A stretch of 64,000 nucleotides of DNA from Chara braunii (taxonomy: Eukaryota > Plantae > Charophyceae). The position numbers and the translations under genes were made by a program. The notes below the pieces were generated by a model. It did no database searches and was not told the DNA's origin. It saw only the letters and a list, made by a program, of their open reading frames with translations. The stretch lies in NCBI GenBank assembly GCA_003427395.1, contig BFEA01000021.1, positions 5,186,108-5,250,107 on the forward strand, given 5' to 3'. Every line of letters starts with the position of its first letter. The first letter of the stretch is position 1. Below, in pieces: positions 13,749-26,078 of this stretch.

Positions 13749-13830
13749 GAGGGGCTGTGACAAACTGTTTCGTCGGAGTTTCACCGACTCATCAGGAGGC
13801 TGAATCCTCAACAGTCTGCAGAATCCCCTC
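13749..13830 (-). ncRNA. Type III hammerhead ribozyme, intact core
   Basis: Minus strand reads GCAGACUG-UU^-GAGG[AUUCAG]CCUC-CUGAUGA-GUCGG[UGAAACU]CCGAC-GAAA-CAGUUUGU. Stem III is 8 bp (two G-U), stem I 4 bp, stem II 5 bp, with an outer GAGGGG/CCCCUC extension. Confidence 0.9.
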
Positions 13831-14301
13831 ACTGATTACACTGTAAATCATAATCTACCTTAACCAAAATCAAAGTAGACTATCACACACCCACACCAGA
13901 TGAAAAACTCTGCAGACTGTCGGTTCACACCCCATCACAAGCCAGCAAAACATCCACGAAACAAAGAAAGGTCTGTCACAGCCAAAAAATACACTCCAGA
14001 CACGCCGCTGGCACTAGAGGCACAGCATGGCTGCCTAGTAACGGCCCCGACCACTGCCGCTCGACCTGACCGGAACAAACCGTAGCAGGAAGCCAGCGAA
14101 GTCGTAGCATATTATAATATATATATATAAATAACACTGGTTGCATAAAACAAAAAAGGAGCCTTATAAAAGAGCCTGATGGGCCTGATTCCATTTCCAA
14201 ACCCAAATGTAGTAGATTGTGCAGGAGAAGAAAGAGAGAGGAATAAGCAAAGGAAAGGAGAATAGAGAAAACAAAAAGAACAGAGGGGGGAGGTCAGGGC
14301 T

Positions 14302-14474
14302 TTTTTTCTTTAAAAAATTGGAACGATTGATGCATGTCATCCTTGCGCAGGGGCCATGCTAATATTCTCTGTATCCTTCCAATTTTAATCTGCGGCCTAG
14401 CTCAGTTGGTAAGGCACGCAAGTGCCATTTAGGAGGTCTTGGGTTCGATCCCCATTGGCCTCATCTACCTTCCT
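14302..14474 (-). mobile_element. Chimeric retrocopy: inverted tRNA/SINE head + U6 core + poly(A), 16-bp TSD
   Basis: TSD GGGGGAGGTCAGGGCT at 14286-14301 and 14475-14490. U6 on minus at 14324-14388; tRNA-like sequence on plus at 14392-14463 with A box TAGCTCAGTTGG and B box GGTTCGATCCC. Confidence 0.88.
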
Positions 14475-14941
14475 GGGGGAGGTCAGGGCTCGATAACTAA
14501 TAATGACTAATAATAATTCAAAAAAGAAAAAAAAAGAGTTCCAAGTCGTTGAACACTGTACGTGAGGCATTGCTCGTCACTCTAGTGGAGGGACTTCTGC
14601 AGAGAAGGGGGCTGAAGAGGAGGAACTGGATGCCCCACACTCTACTGGAGGGACTTGATGAGCAGCACTCTCCAGCTCAATGCGCCACACTGTGCTGGAA
14701 AAGAGGGTAACAGACTGAAAAGGCTGTGCATCAAAACGACTCTTAAGTTCTGAACACGTTTCCAAAGCATGAATTGCAGAAACCTTCAAATCCGACATTA
14801 CATCATTCGCACACACACAAATGGTGCCTCGCGTAGTACACCCTCCGCGACGTGAACAGAGTAGACAAAATCCGAAAAACTTCAATAATACATCTCTTGT
14901 GGCACTTGTGTTGCATTTCGACCACCACCTTTGCCCGGGGC

Positions 14942-15480
14942 TATTCAGCCTTCCCCAAACCCAAATTGACATCATCGGGTCGGTCAAGCCGACCCCCATG
15001 TCACGTTGCCGGAAAAAGTGGACGGGAAACTAAAGACGTATACCCTAAATACTATCTACGTCAAACTTACCAACAACTCCACTGTCTGTGTCCACAGACT
15101 CCACACTGCTTTGCATATTCAGCCTTCCCCAAAACCAAATTGACATCTTCGGGTCAGTCAAGCTGACCCCCATGTCACATTGCCGGAAAAAGTGGACGGG
15201 AAACTAAAGATGTAAACCCTAAGTACTATCTACGTCAAACTTAACAAACAACTCCACTGTCTGTGTCCACAGACTCCACACTGCTTTGCATATTCAGCCT
15301 TCCCCAAACCCAAATTGACGTCATCGGGTCGGTCAAGCCGACCCCCATGTCACATTGCCGGAAAAAGTGGACGCCGGAAAAGGCGGACGGGAAACTAAAG
15401 ATGTAAACCCTAAATACTATCTACGTCAAACTTAACAAACAACTCCACTGTCTGTCCACAGACTCCACACTGCTTTGCAT
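14942..15480 (+). repeat. Tandem repeat, 3 x about 175 bp
   Basis: TATTCAGCCTTCCCC...GCCGGAAAAAGTGGACG...CAGACTCCACACTGCTTTGCAT repeated. Confidence 0.9.
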
Positions 15481-17879
15481 CTTCGCAAAAACTTTACCAG
15501 CACCTTCTAGGAAAACCAATCTGGAGACTCTCCGTAAAGGCGGCCACTTTTTGACGTCTACGGGTCCAGGACCTGTAGTCCTGCCCGATTCTGATCCCAA
15601 GGACTTCAGATTCCCAGATCGTACCTTCATTTTTGACCTTCTGTACCGACCCCCGAAACCGAAGTACAACACTCGTTCTACACCCCAAAAACTCCCAAGA
15701 CCCCGACTAGTCATCAGTTCTCTTTACCGTCAAATTCCGTGGGTAGCACCTTGCAAACCACCGTCTGATCTGAATCCCTTTCAATTCCCACGTCGGCAAG
15801 CAATGGAAAGGGAAACGTCATCCACCAAGCGGAAGCCGCAGAACAACTTCCGGTCGACACCAATGGACCCCGGAAAACGCTACCCCGAGCATCCAAGAGT
15901 ACTTTTCCCAACGCGGACATAACCCTGAGCCTTAGAAGCACTCCCGACGCTGTGGTTAAGGGTACGAGCCCCACAGATCAAAAGCCACAAACTCCCTTAC
16001 TTCAACTACGGCCACAAGCCACCAAACGGAACCCGCACACCAACTTTCGATCAACACCATTGCACCAATGGACCCCAGAAAACCTCACTCTGCACATGCA
16101 CACATGATGCATGCATGCGAGTGGCAGATTCATAATTTGCCCATAGGCCATGGCGACATAAGTTACATAACCCTCAGTAACAGTATGAGCCAGCCACAAA
16201 CTCGCTTACTTCAACTTATGTCCACAGGCCACCACTGCTATACATTCTTAAAAATCAAACAATGTACCCTTTCCTCCTGGATCGAATGGAATCCCCTTTA
16301 TAAGTTCATACCTTCTCAGACAAGCACCCTGGCCTCTGCGATTGACTGGAATCGACCTCCTACCTTTCGAGAAAAGCACTGTTGCATACTTGTGAATACT
16401 TCAACAAGTATGGGCAGAACCAAAGATCAACCAATTAAGGATGAGCATGTATGCAGCGGAAGTCTGAGAAATGGACTGACTCACATAGACTGAACTCATA
16501 CAGATATCACTCAACACACAAACAATCGTGAGATGGTGGGGTCTGAGCCAATCATAGACGATGCTCAGGCCCCGTACAACCATGCACAGATGAAAGGTGG
16601 GAGGAGAGACGAAGGAGGTGGGAGATGTAGGCAGCGCCAGATGTCACCAAGATAGAATCCAGTAGGTCACCGATATGGCAGTCCAAAATGTCATCGAACA
16701 AGATCAAAATGTCGTGGACAATAAGTCACCAATGTCGGAGGTACAGAGTCCTAATGTAACTGGTGCCAAATCTGTGATGCCGCCGAGTATCAATCCCAGC
16801 TACCTCCAAGTCTCGAATCCGGTAAGTACCACAGCCTCTTACCATCCAAGTCCGAACACTGATCTCGGTCCAACTCGAATCCAAATCTCCAATCTGAATA
16901 AGAAGATGAAGAATGAATCCGAAGAAGAAGAAGAAGAGTCGGAAGAAGGAGAAGAAGAAGAGGGAGAGGAAGAGGAGATAGCAGAGGAGGAGGGAAAGGT
17001 GGTGAGGTAGGGAGGAGGAGAGTCCTCACTACCCTGTCCTGGCCCGAAGCCTTACCTGCAGGATGCAAGGTGGCGCCTTGAATAGAAGCCCTCTGAAGTC
17101 GAAGTCCTCTGAAGCTATGGCGCCACAGGTAAGTACCAGGTAAGTACCTCGCTCGCTCTCTATCCCTAACTGGCGCTAACCTCGCACTGCTGCTGTAGCG
17201 CTGCGCTCTAAACAGAAATAGCGCAGCGCTCCTCCGAAATGCTGCTGCTCCAGAATGCCCAAGGGGGCGGCCTCCTGGTACCTAAGTACCGGTGTGGAAG
17301 GCCGGCCTCTATGCTGCGAGGCCGAGCCGTGATCTGAATCGTCAAAAGTGACGATTCAGATCAGACCAGCGGGCGGCAGCCTCAAGAGCGCCGCCAGGCC
17401 CAACGGTAATGTCGTTTGGGCCTGCCCGTCTGGTCTGGTCCTAAATCGTGGCCTAAAGGCCAACCGGGGGGCCTACAGTGGCGCCTCCGGTCTAAAGGTC
17501 CGGCCTTGGGCCTGGACCGGCCTCCGAACCCCTATCTGTCGGGCCTAACCGGGCCCGTGTGACAAGTGTGTAACAAGCACACTCTACAACCACCACTCCA
17601 CACGCCTCCATCACCTCAAAACATGCACCAAACGAGGAAACATGTGTTTGACATCAAATGAGGCTGACACAATATGCGCCTGCGAACAATAACGGCTAAA
17701 CTTCTCATTAGCCTTCTTTAACCTCCTCAGTGTCCTCACCACCTCAGACACAGCAGGAAGGTGAAAGTGCTAGTCCTGTGGAACACACAATAGCATCAAG
17801 TAGAGGGTGAGTGATACCCTCTTGGTCCGGTGAAAGTCGGACAGAAAGGGACCAAACAACGATGAAGTCGGATAAACCT

Positions 17880-18645
17880 TCCTTTTTTTTTATTTTATTA
17901 AACACAACCTTTTGGTTCTGGCTCCTTTACATTTCTGGGGAGCATCAGTCCGGTTCCTATTCCACCGGCAAGTCAAAAGGAAGTACATTTAGGACTCACA
18001 CACGCTCTTCCCCTTGAGGCCTTTTAAGGTAGGAGAACGGATGGCATTGATTACTTCTCGCCGGAGGGATGTACCACCCCTCACCCTTGCGGGTACCACG
18101 GATCTTCTGCGATCCACCTGCCAAAGTTAGCCTGGTTCCTTTTATTTTGACTCTAAGTGATCTAAAAGAGCCCAGAATTATGGACCCTGTAGGCTTGCTT
18201 CAGGGAGGCCTCATCTCACCTGTTCCTCTAAGTACTGCCAGATTCTCTTTAAGCACGAGAACTGTAGACTTGATCATCCTCAATAGGTATTGGTACAACT
18301 CTAAAGAGTCTAAACCCTCCTTGGTCTAGTTACTAATGCCAATGGGTGAGATTAAAATCTCTCATCCTTTTATCATCTTTCCACATCTACAAAATCTACC
18401 TGGCGCTAAAACCTAATCCCTGGCTAATTTAGCTAGCCTGGCCTGTTAATCTTTACTTGAAAAATCTCTTTTCATGGTCTGTAACCCGGATCCTAAGTTA
18501 TTCTCGTGTTAAAAGGATAAGAGAGTCGTTTCAGGAAGTATTTGTGGAGAGGAACTCGTACTGTTTTGCTAGCTTGACAAGAGACTGCGTGGGGTGTTTG
18601 TAGGTCTAGGTTGTAGGATTGGATGGCTGATGTGTTCGGGTGTGT
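17880..18645 (-). mobile_element. 5'-truncated LINE 3' fragment
   Basis: Poly(T) at 17883, shared structured tail at 17901-18020, flanking duplication GATAAACCT (17871 and about 18646). Confidence 0.7.
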
Positions 18646-18942
18646 GATAAACCTATTAATGTGATAAACCTATTAAATCAATTTAAATGAAAATTTTAAA
18701 TCATAAATCCTGTTTTTTGGAATTACCTAACTTCATCCCACCTGCGCATCCTTTGCCCACTTTCCCACCAACAAAAGCAACATTAACCATTGTCCAATTA
18801 CTAATAATCCCTCTCGCCTACCGCAACATACCCTTCATTCCAAGAGGCCACTGACCATGTACGACTTGACATCACTCGTAGCAGTGCCATGTCACTCACC
18901 TAAATCGACATTGTCGAGCATTGGAGATGTGGAGCTCCAAAT

Positions 18943-18995
<53 letters not shown>

Positions 18996-18996
18996 N

Positions 18997-19074
<78 letters not shown>

Positions 19075-19618
19075 TCGGACAAAATTGGACCTGACCCAGA
19101 AAACTTTCCTACAGGCAGCTGTTAATGTGGCAACAATTGGCACATAGATCTGAGACTCCTCAGTCACCTAGGCTTGGATTTCCTTTCATTTCTGATGTTC
19201 CATCACTGTTGTGACCCTACCTCCCTCTCAAAGACTTTTGACACACGCACATTGCAATCAAAATGTTCAAACTTCCATCACCCGCACGCACTCGACCCCA
19301 ATCCAACAGCACAGCAACAACTCCAAGCTCTCAGCAAACAGTATTTCAGGCACGCCTTCCTTCCCAGCCTCAGAGACGAAGCCTATTTCATTTCAGTCAA
19401 GTTGAGAGTATATCGTTCAAAAGAAAAGAAAAAATAAAGGAACAAACTTCAACAAAGGGATATGCGATCACAGATAATCACCGCAGGTAAATCAAACATA
19501 TTCGACGATGGCTCGTCATATGGTGTTACATCCACACTTGCCCACTTAATCTAGTCCACTACTGTCATTATCACAAGAAGAAGATTCTGATTGAGTGTAG
19601 AAGAGGGAAGGGAAATAC

Positions 19619-19857
19619 CGTCATTGCATCGCAGAATTGATCTCTCCACAAGCTCTTTATGTCCTCCCAACCGAGAGGCTCAACAAAAGATAGAGCTCTA
19701 GATAGAGGTGGAACGTCCTGTGCTGCACATGAGGGAGGAGGTTGGTGGTCTTGCAAAGCAACGGTATGGCTGCCAGATTGCCTGCCAGCTCCTCTGTCAA
19801 TGCTCTCTGTCGCTCGCTTATGACAAGGATTAATGCTGCTCTCATGATTCACCGGCG
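19619..19857 (-). CDS. MHX: MHX internal exon (end of cytosolic loop)
   Basis: Ends ...WEDIKSLWRDQFCDAMT, matching the MHX WxxQFxDA motif. Donor GT at 19618-19617 is phase 0 and joins the last exon. The 5' boundary (AAGCAG acceptor at 19859-19858) is uncertain. Confidence 0.8.
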
Positions 19858-20458
19858 CTGCTTCATGGCAACAGAGCAAGGAGAACAGAGACACCAATGA
19901 TCAACGGCAGTGCACGTCTTCAACATCGAGAGCAGAATACACAACTGCAACCTATGAATTCGATGTTTCCGAAAACCAGTTTCGATTTGATGCATCTGGA
20001 GATCATCATCATGCGCCACACATGTTCAGGAAGGCGGGTGCAGCATCCTTGATGATGGCATATCGCATGTTCATCTCTGCCAGCCCAATGGTAGAGACTC
20101 TAGAGAGTAGTAGAGTACTACCATGGCTGGCTGTTCATTACATGTGCTCACCGTCAAAAGGTCTTCTGAACTGAAGGACCGCTTCCCGTTATGGCACTAG
20201 GAAGAACCTAGAAAGGCCATAAGGACCTGTTTTGATTAAAAAAAAAAAAAATAATAATAATAAAAATATGGGCACAGATTTGGTGCAGCGTTAGCAAGTC
20301 GAGATCGTGGGGAATGATTTCGCCACAGCGTCTCGACCTGCCCAGATTTCTCATTTCTGGCCTTCGATTTGGTGTGATTTTTATTTTTTATTTTTTTTTG
20401 GTGCTCACTATCGGACTTAAATAACCCGTAGGGGCCAACAAAAAAATGAAAAAAGGAA

Positions 20459-20564
20459 GGCCTTCAGGACATCCGTTAAAATTGGAATGATACAGAGAAC
20501 GAAGATTAGGATGGCCCCTGCGCAAGGATGACACGCATAAATCGAGAAATGGTCCAAATTATTT
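20459..20564 (+). pseudogene. U6: Near full-length U6 snRNA pseudogene (plant type)
   Basis: GGACATCCGTTAAAATTGGAATGATACAGAGA..GAAGATTAGGATGGCCCCTGCGCAAGGATGACACGCATAAATCGAGAAATGGTCCAAATT. Small insertion after the ACAGAGA box, catalytic AGC changed to AGG, A-rich tail. Confidence 0.93.
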
Positions 20565-20604
20565 AAAAGAAAGGAAAGAAAAATGATAAAAAATCTAGGT
20601 AGGC

Positions 20605-20648
20605 TAAAATTGGAACGATACAGAGAGATTAGCACGGTCCCTTGCTCC
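20605..20648 (+). pseudogene. U6: U6 snRNA fragment
   Basis: TAAAATTGGAACGATACAGAGAGATTAGCACGGTCCCTTGC. Confidence 0.8.
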
Positions 20649-22452
20649 AAGACCGCGCTGATGGACTGTGATAGGTACGTTTTTCGGATTCTCAGGTACA
20701 TATTCCGTACAATGTCACAATTGCTCTTTTCTGTAATTGCAATAGTAGGCTACTGTCTTCGCCCGAATAGGATGCCCCGGTCATCATCGCTGTATCTAAG
20801 ATGGAAAGTAGCACCAAAACGGCTGTTATGACCGGATGTTCTATTTGAGTGAAGACAGTGGTATACCTTCCGCAGCTGGAGGTCGCAGAGCCTGTCCCTG
20901 CCCTGCGCAGTAGCATCTACTAAATCACAGAAATAAAAGTTGGGGGGCCCAAGAGTGATTCCCTTTCACCGGAATACATACACTTCATCGTTTTCCGTTT
21001 TTCAAATTCACCCCAATGGAATCCTGACACCCAAAGTCGTCATTCCTGGTTTTCCTTTTTTAAAATACACCCCAATGGATCTAATCTTGCTGTCAGTCTA
21101 TTGGTATTACCAGACACAACCCTTCACGACATAGAAATTGATAGGATAAGGAAATAGGTTCGGGGATTTTGGACGCACACGTCTCTACATAGCATGAGGT
21201 TATAGCCATGGGATACCCACAAACCCTGACTAGTATACGATAATTCTATCTAAAAAAGACAAAACTATTTGATACTATAGCCTTTTCTACACATATAGCC
21301 TATTTTCTTAACAGGGTGACAGCCTTGCGATATCATCATCGAACTGACTGGCCCCCTGTAGTTCAGATTTTTTATTTTTATTTTTATTTTTTTTTTAACT
21401 GGAGGGAAGAGATAAATTCAAAAAGGGCCCAGTAGTTCAGAATTATTTCATGCCATTCATCAGAATTATTTAGCTAAATGAGCCTAAAAAGGCCCTAAAT
21501 CACTTTTTCGGAAGTTTTCCCAAATTAACTGGGGCTGGTCAGCTCAACATCTCACTTTTTCGGAAGTTTTTCGAGGAAGAAGAGAGAGAGAGAGAGAGAA
21601 ATAGAACAATTGAACATATCCAGTAGTACCCACAAAGAACAGCTTTCAAAACAGAACTTCAGAAAAAGAAAAGTCGCAGAAGCTTCTGAGAACTGTCAAC
21701 AAGTCAAACGTTCGTGTTGAGCGTCTTTGGACTTGTGCTGCACCCCGTATGCAAAATGATACCCCGACGGGCACTCGCCACGCCTAGGGCCTCGACCAGT
21801 TATGTCCAGGTGAAGCCCCGGATCATCCAAAACGTCCCAAATGCAATTTGTCCCACTTTCGGTCTGGACTCCATGAGGCCTGAATCTTCTGGTACCTGTG
21901 GACAACTGTTAGATCATTCCCAATTGGCGGCCAGAGTTTACCTTGCCACTGCCTGAACAGTCAGTCTTGCGACTTGCTTGCGGCTACGACGCTGCACGTG
22001 AGACTTGAGAGGAGGTGCTGGCGCCAGACTCCTTGATGGGCGCCAGCCAGACACTGAAGTATAGAGAAAGGGAGAGGGCGGCAACGGCCGCAACCATAGA
22101 TGACGGCGAGGGAACGAGGAGAGGGAGAGAGAGAGTGTGGGTGATGTGAGTCGTCGTGCGTACGTATGTGGTTTCATCAGAAGCTGCTGCCGATTCTGCT
22201 CACTATTGGGGGATCGTTTGTCTGTGAGGGGCTGCTTCCACATCATCCACGTGTTACACAAGAGTACAGATTGCTGACATGGTGCATAGAGTACATATTG
22301 CTGACGTGGCACATGAGTACAGAGTGCTGACGTGGAACATTAAGTGCAGATTGCTGACGAGGTGCATCGAGTTAAGATTGCTGACATGGCACATTGAGTT
22401 CAGATTGCTGACGTGGCAGAGGTGGGGAGCCTGAGGGAGAAGAGGGCCTTAA

Positions 22453-22617
22453 ACCACCAGTACACGACATATCAGCCTGCACGTGTCAGCATGAAACCCC
22501 ACCACTTCGGAGGCCACCAATTTTTTTTTTCAACGGCAGGCCTGGCTGCACGGCGCCTCCAAGTTTTGCTTGTGGCGACAAAACCTTTCTGCAAGGCTGG
22601 GGCCGTGTACTAGCGGT
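22453..22617. mobile_element. TTAA-flanked MITE (ACCACCAGTAC TIR family)
   Basis: TTAA|ACCACCAGTACACG ... CGTGTACTAGCGGT|TTAA. Confidence 0.8.
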
Positions 22618-23118
22618 TTAATTGCTGTGCTACACTTCTCCTTCCAACTGTCTATTCTCCCCTCCTCTCTTTTCTGGATACTGTGGACTTGGAGACACAC
22701 ACGTGATAATGAAGAAACATGTACTTCAACGACTTTGAACTGATGGACTTGTTGGATTGATCATCTCCCAACATTGCACGGCATTGTTAACTGCGATATG
22801 ATTGGATGACGAGACTGGGTTCATTACACTTCGCTGAAGATGGCTTCATAAAGAATATCTTTCACGAGTCGAACGTTCGTGTTCAGCGTCTTTGGACTTG
22901 GCTGAAGACGATTTCATAAAATATATCTTTCAGACTTACCATAACATTCTCAGGGCAAACTCGCAAAGACAATTTTCCTGGACGTATCTGCCTTAAATTA
23001 CATCCAGATTCATTCACACAAGTCCTGTGCGACTAGCGCCTCAGAAACTCCGCAGAGAAGTGCACATCAGGTTCCTGACTGCAGAGAAAACAAAGAGAGT
23101 AAACAAGCTGTGCCGATT

Positions 23119-23270
23119 GGCACCCTGTAGCTCAGTTGGTAACCCCATGAATTATGGAATACAGACCTCCGTTCGAATCCTCACGAACTCAGATGGGTGA
23201 ATAACTCAAAATTTTTACCTGTAATATCCTAAGGCCATAGCTCTTTCACACACACACACACACACACAAA
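23119..23270 (+). mobile_element. tRNA-derived SINE
   Basis: A box TAGCTCAGTTGG, B box GTTCGAATCC, family tail and (CA)n. A partial repeat at 23345-23483 ends in poly(A). Confidence 0.75.
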
Positions 23271-23439
23271 AGGTGCAATGCCTATCCGTACCTGATGCGC
23301 GACGGCTAGGAAAGTGATCTGCATGCTCACCTCCTGGCTCTATAGAACTCAGATGAGTAAATAACTCCGAATTTACCTGGGGAAGGTCAGTTTGAACTTT
23401 GAAGATAGTATCTCAACTTCACAAGGCCATCGCCGTTTC

Positions 23440-23488
<49 letters not shown>

Positions 23489-23948
23489 AAAAAACCCTTA
23501 AAAAAAGAGTAAATAAGCAGCAATGCCCATCCATACCTGACGGACGACGGCTAGGATAGTGATCTGCATGTTCACGTCCTGGCTCCATAGGCATGGGCGA
23601 CATCCTTATACTGTGCCGATGCATCCAAAAGTCCTGGTGCTGTGGGTGCATCGCCCCCTCTACTTGGAAACTTGGTCGACGAGAGCCAGAGAATTTGTGA
23701 TGAGGTGGCGAACTCCAACTCAGCCGCCTGGGAAGTCAACAAAGAAAAAAAAGAGGGAAATCAGAGAGTGCCAACAGAGTCATCATAAGAACTCCAAGTC
23801 AACATTCCATTGGCTCCATAGACAAGAGGTTCTCAATTTCTCACACTGTGCCGATGCATGCACAACTCTGAGAGCTGTGGCTGCATCGTCACCGCTACTT
23901 GAAAACTTGGTCTACCACAGCCACAGCATTTGAGATGAGCTGGCAAAC

Positions 23949-24137
23949 TTTTTTTTTTTTTTTTTGGTTGAAAAATCCCTGTACCGGTGTGCTGGAGGGG
24001 TGATATGAGCAACCTCCTCTAGAAGCACCTGCTGCGGGTAGCTCCGGTCTATTGGTGGGGAGCAGCACCAGCTGGAAACCGACTAAAGTGTCTCATCATA
24101 TCACCGTGTAGTTCAGAACACCGCGGCCTTTACCCAG
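23949..24137 (-). mobile_element. Short retroposon of unknown origin with TSD
   Basis: Poly(T) 23949-23965; duplication TGAGCTGGCAAA at about 23937-23948 and 24138-24149. Confidence 0.75.
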
Positions 24138-25679
24138 TGAGCTGGCAAAGTCTTAAGGGTTGGGAGGCGTCGGGGTTATGACTCAGGGAGGAAGTCCGGC
24201 AGGGGGCTTCACGCGCCGGGTTCAGCCCACCTGTTGGCATAGCGGACCCTCCCACTTACTCAGGAATCACTTAAGATCGGAGCTCTCGGAGAGGGAGGAG
24301 AAGAGAGACCTTGCAACACACACCCGACACCCGGGAGCAGAGTCTAACTCAGCCACCTTGGAAGTTGAAAAAAAGTGGAAAACAGAGAATAACAACACAC
24401 CTTGGAAGTTGAAAAAAAGTGGAAAACAGAGAATAACAACAGAGTCAACAAAAGAACTCCATGTAAAGATTCTATACATCCTCACCTTCGCGTGCTACCT
24501 TTTTCTTTGTCCTTTCCTTCTTTCCTTCTTTTGTTTCTCCGAATTTCTCCAAATTTCTCGCCCTTTCTTGTTTTCTTTTCCCCCCCATCTGATTCCAGTG
24601 CATTGCAAACTCAGGTCTGCATTTCAATTGCTGATAGGTGTACCAACTGAGCTAGGCCAGTCGGTGCCTCAGCATGTTTACCTGATGATCTGTCCAGCAT
24701 TTCTTCTTCTCCCCACTCCTTACCATTCGTTCAATCGTCTTTTTCATTACCTGGTTTGTGCCCGACCCATAGACCTCAGTACCAAGGTTCTTTATGTGTA
24801 GTCAGTTTTATGTCTCAACAGACTAAACGACTATTTAATTCCTTGATGTGCATCCTCTTCTCACACTGCGCTATACCAATTCCGGTGCATCCTCTTCTCA
24901 CACTGCCAATATTAATTTCGGTGCATCCTCTTTTCACAGTGTTGCTGATTACCACCGCTTTGCAGCCTATTTAACTTGAGCGGGACACACAACCAACCCC
25001 TCACCAGGTTTGAGTCGGTATCTCAAGTATACCGACTCAAAGCACACCATTCTGTGTCTTATTTTTTCTGTGGTATTACAAGCATTTTTGCTGTTTACGA
25101 ACTTTACGTAGAGCAGAAGGGGTAGATACGAGTGATTGGCTAAGATAATCTAGGCTGCTTTTCCGGGAGCCCGGGCACCCAACTTATGCCCGGGTATACA
25201 CCCGGGTGCCTGGCCGGGCATGACCTCCAGGCAGCCCCAGCGCAAAAAATAACAATAAGAAAACATTCAAAAATTTCCGGGAAAACAATATGTCGTGTAG
25301 AATTGCAATACAAACGACTTTTGGCCGAGGGTCACATTAGAATTCCTCTCAGAATCGGAGATAAAAAAAGAAGATAACAGAATCGCTCCAAGGCACCCCC
25401 CTGTAAACCCCTTTAGCCCCTTTAAAACCAATTTATACCCCCCTCCCCTTCCCCGCCCCCCCCAACCCGTGACAGCCAACGAGCCTGGATTTGGGGTCCT
25501 CTGGGAGAGCGCAGAGAACCAAAAAAAAAAAAAAAAAAAAAATCTTTCTTTTTATTTTTTTGCACTACCGGGTGCCCGGCCGAGCAGCACCGGCCGGGCG
25601 AGAGAATCTTCCTAGAAGATTGTAGTACGATTCGACCGGTGCGGATTAAGAGAATACTGCCCCTATTTTCTTTTTTTTT

Positions 25680-25872
25680 TTACTGCCAGTACACGGGCCC
25701 CGGCCTTGCTGAAAAAGAAACTTGTCGCCTACAGAAATTTTGGAGGCTCGGCCTACCGGACGACAATGGCTGGCAGCGCCAGCCAAAAAAGAAAAAAAAG
25801 TGAGCCGCTGACGGTTTGGAAAAGCTTGGCACGCAGTAAGGCACCTGCAGGCCCGGCGTACTCGTGGTTTAA
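25680..25872. mobile_element. MITE of the ACCACCAGTAC family
   Basis: Reverse-complement homologue of 39573-39758; right end GTACTCGTGGT|TTAA. Confidence 0.75.
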
Positions 25873-26078
25873 AGGGAAAAAACACTGAACCTAGTACACC
25901 CTACGTATTGAATCTAAGATCAGCATCTGTTAATCTCTTCAGGTGGAATCTCAGCCATTGATGGGGTTCACGGGACTTGCAGAACAAGTCCCGTTCCATT
26001 CACCCCACACAGAAATGAATTGCATTCCAATTTTCCATGCATGCTACTAAATGACAAATGGCATAAAGAATCAAAGCA

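Noticed and set aside
14392-14463. Functional tRNA-Gly gene
   Set aside because: Anticodon and acceptor stems pair poorly and it lies within a TSD-bounded insertion.
14577-14790. Possible extra MHX exon
   Set aside because: No MHX similarity, and the flanking exons already join in frame with the expected spacing.
15480-17563. Solo LTR starting TGTCAC on minus
   Set aside because: No matching terminus, TSD or PBS could be found.
20459-20564. Functional U6 gene
   Set aside because: Insertion after ACAGAGA, catalytic AGC mutated, A-rich tail, and no evident USE/TATA promoter.
23285-23345. Weak U1 snRNA resemblance (also about 23530-23590)
   Set aside because: Similarity is too short and gapped to support.
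24070-24105. Hammerhead-like UGAUGA-GAC-loop-GUC on minus
   Set aside because: Lacks the leading C and the GAAA core.
24152-24297. RNase P-like GAGGAAGTCC motif
   Set aside because: Explained by an internal hairpin in a small TTAA-flanked element; no other RNase P regions.
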